64,000 nt of DNA from NCBI RefSeq assembly GCF_009914755.1, contig NC_060945.1, one strand, 5' to 3'. Below the pieces are notes generated by a model that was not told where the DNA came from, did no database searches, and was given only the letters and a program-made list of their open reading frames with translations. Positions 63,578 through 64,000 of this stretch are shown piece after piece. This DNA is from the human T2T-CHM13v2.0 reference genome, Homo sapiens. The position numbers and the translations under genes were made by a program. Position 1 is the first letter of the stretch; each line of letters begins with the position of its first letter.

Positions 63578-63619
63578 AAAAGCAAGGAAGGGAGAGAGAC
63601 ATTTGTTTTGTGTCTGCCA

Positions 63620-63953
63620 CAGGGGTCAGCAAACTATAGTCCACAAGCCAAGTCCAGCCTGCTGCTTATTTTTATATGGTCTGCAAACTAACAATAATTT
63701 TTACATTTTCAAGTGGTTGACAAAAAATCAAAAGAAGAATTATATTTCATGACGTGAAAATTATATAAAGTCCAAATTTCAGTGTCTCACAAGTAAAGTG
63801 TATGGGAATGTGACTAGTGCTCATTCACACATAGTCTGTGGCTTCTGTCATGCGACAATGGCAGAGTTGAGTGGTTGTGACAGCGACTGTGTGGCCTATG
63901 AAGCCTAAAAATGGACTACCTGGCCCTTTGCAGAAAATGTGTGCCAGCCCCTG
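63620..63953. mobile_element. MER58B (hAT-Charlie)
   Basis: Terminal inverted repeats CAGGGGTCAGCAAAC...GTGCCAGCCCCTG. 8-bp near-TSD GTCTGCCA/GTCTTCCT. Confidence 0.85.
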
Positions 63954-64000
63954 GTCTTCCTTACATGGGAACTTTTCATGGTTTATCTCGTTTAATCCCC

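Noticed and set aside
62830-63691. Cys/Val- and His/Thr-rich ORFs
   Set aside because: Translations of the TG-rich low-complexity tract and the MST LTR.

Overview
Primate (human or other great ape) genomic DNA containing nearly all of IGSF5 (JAM4, a two-Ig-domain junctional adhesion protein; 21q22.2 in human) on the + strand. Eight coding exons with canonical AG/GT boundaries assemble into one open frame ending ...KVSNTTVV-stop at 55842: 682-764, 19997-20314, 25376-25675, 33566-33781, 42647-42668, 46488-46579, 48016-48095 and 55747-55842. An AATAAA signal follows at 56546. The ATG-bearing first exon appears to lie just upstream of base 1. The rest is intron and flank rich in Alu, L1, L2/MIR, MaLR/ERV1 LTRs and hAT/Tigger elements. 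Main observations: (1) the first coding exon in the window is exonised antisense from the R-U5 of a HERV-W (LTR17) processed retrocopy; (2) a decayed signal-peptide-like exon with an in-frame stop lies at ~12524-12600, and the transmembrane segment is unusually polar; (3) skipping the 22-nt micro-exon opens an 87-codon alternative frame across the last three exons that ends in a different PDZ-ligand-like C-terminus; (4) three phase-compatible antisense exon candidates; (5) a twin-primed L1 nested in another inverted L1 that carries a short 3' transduction. Repeat subfamily names and comparisons with reference or orthologous proteins are from memory and need database confirmation.
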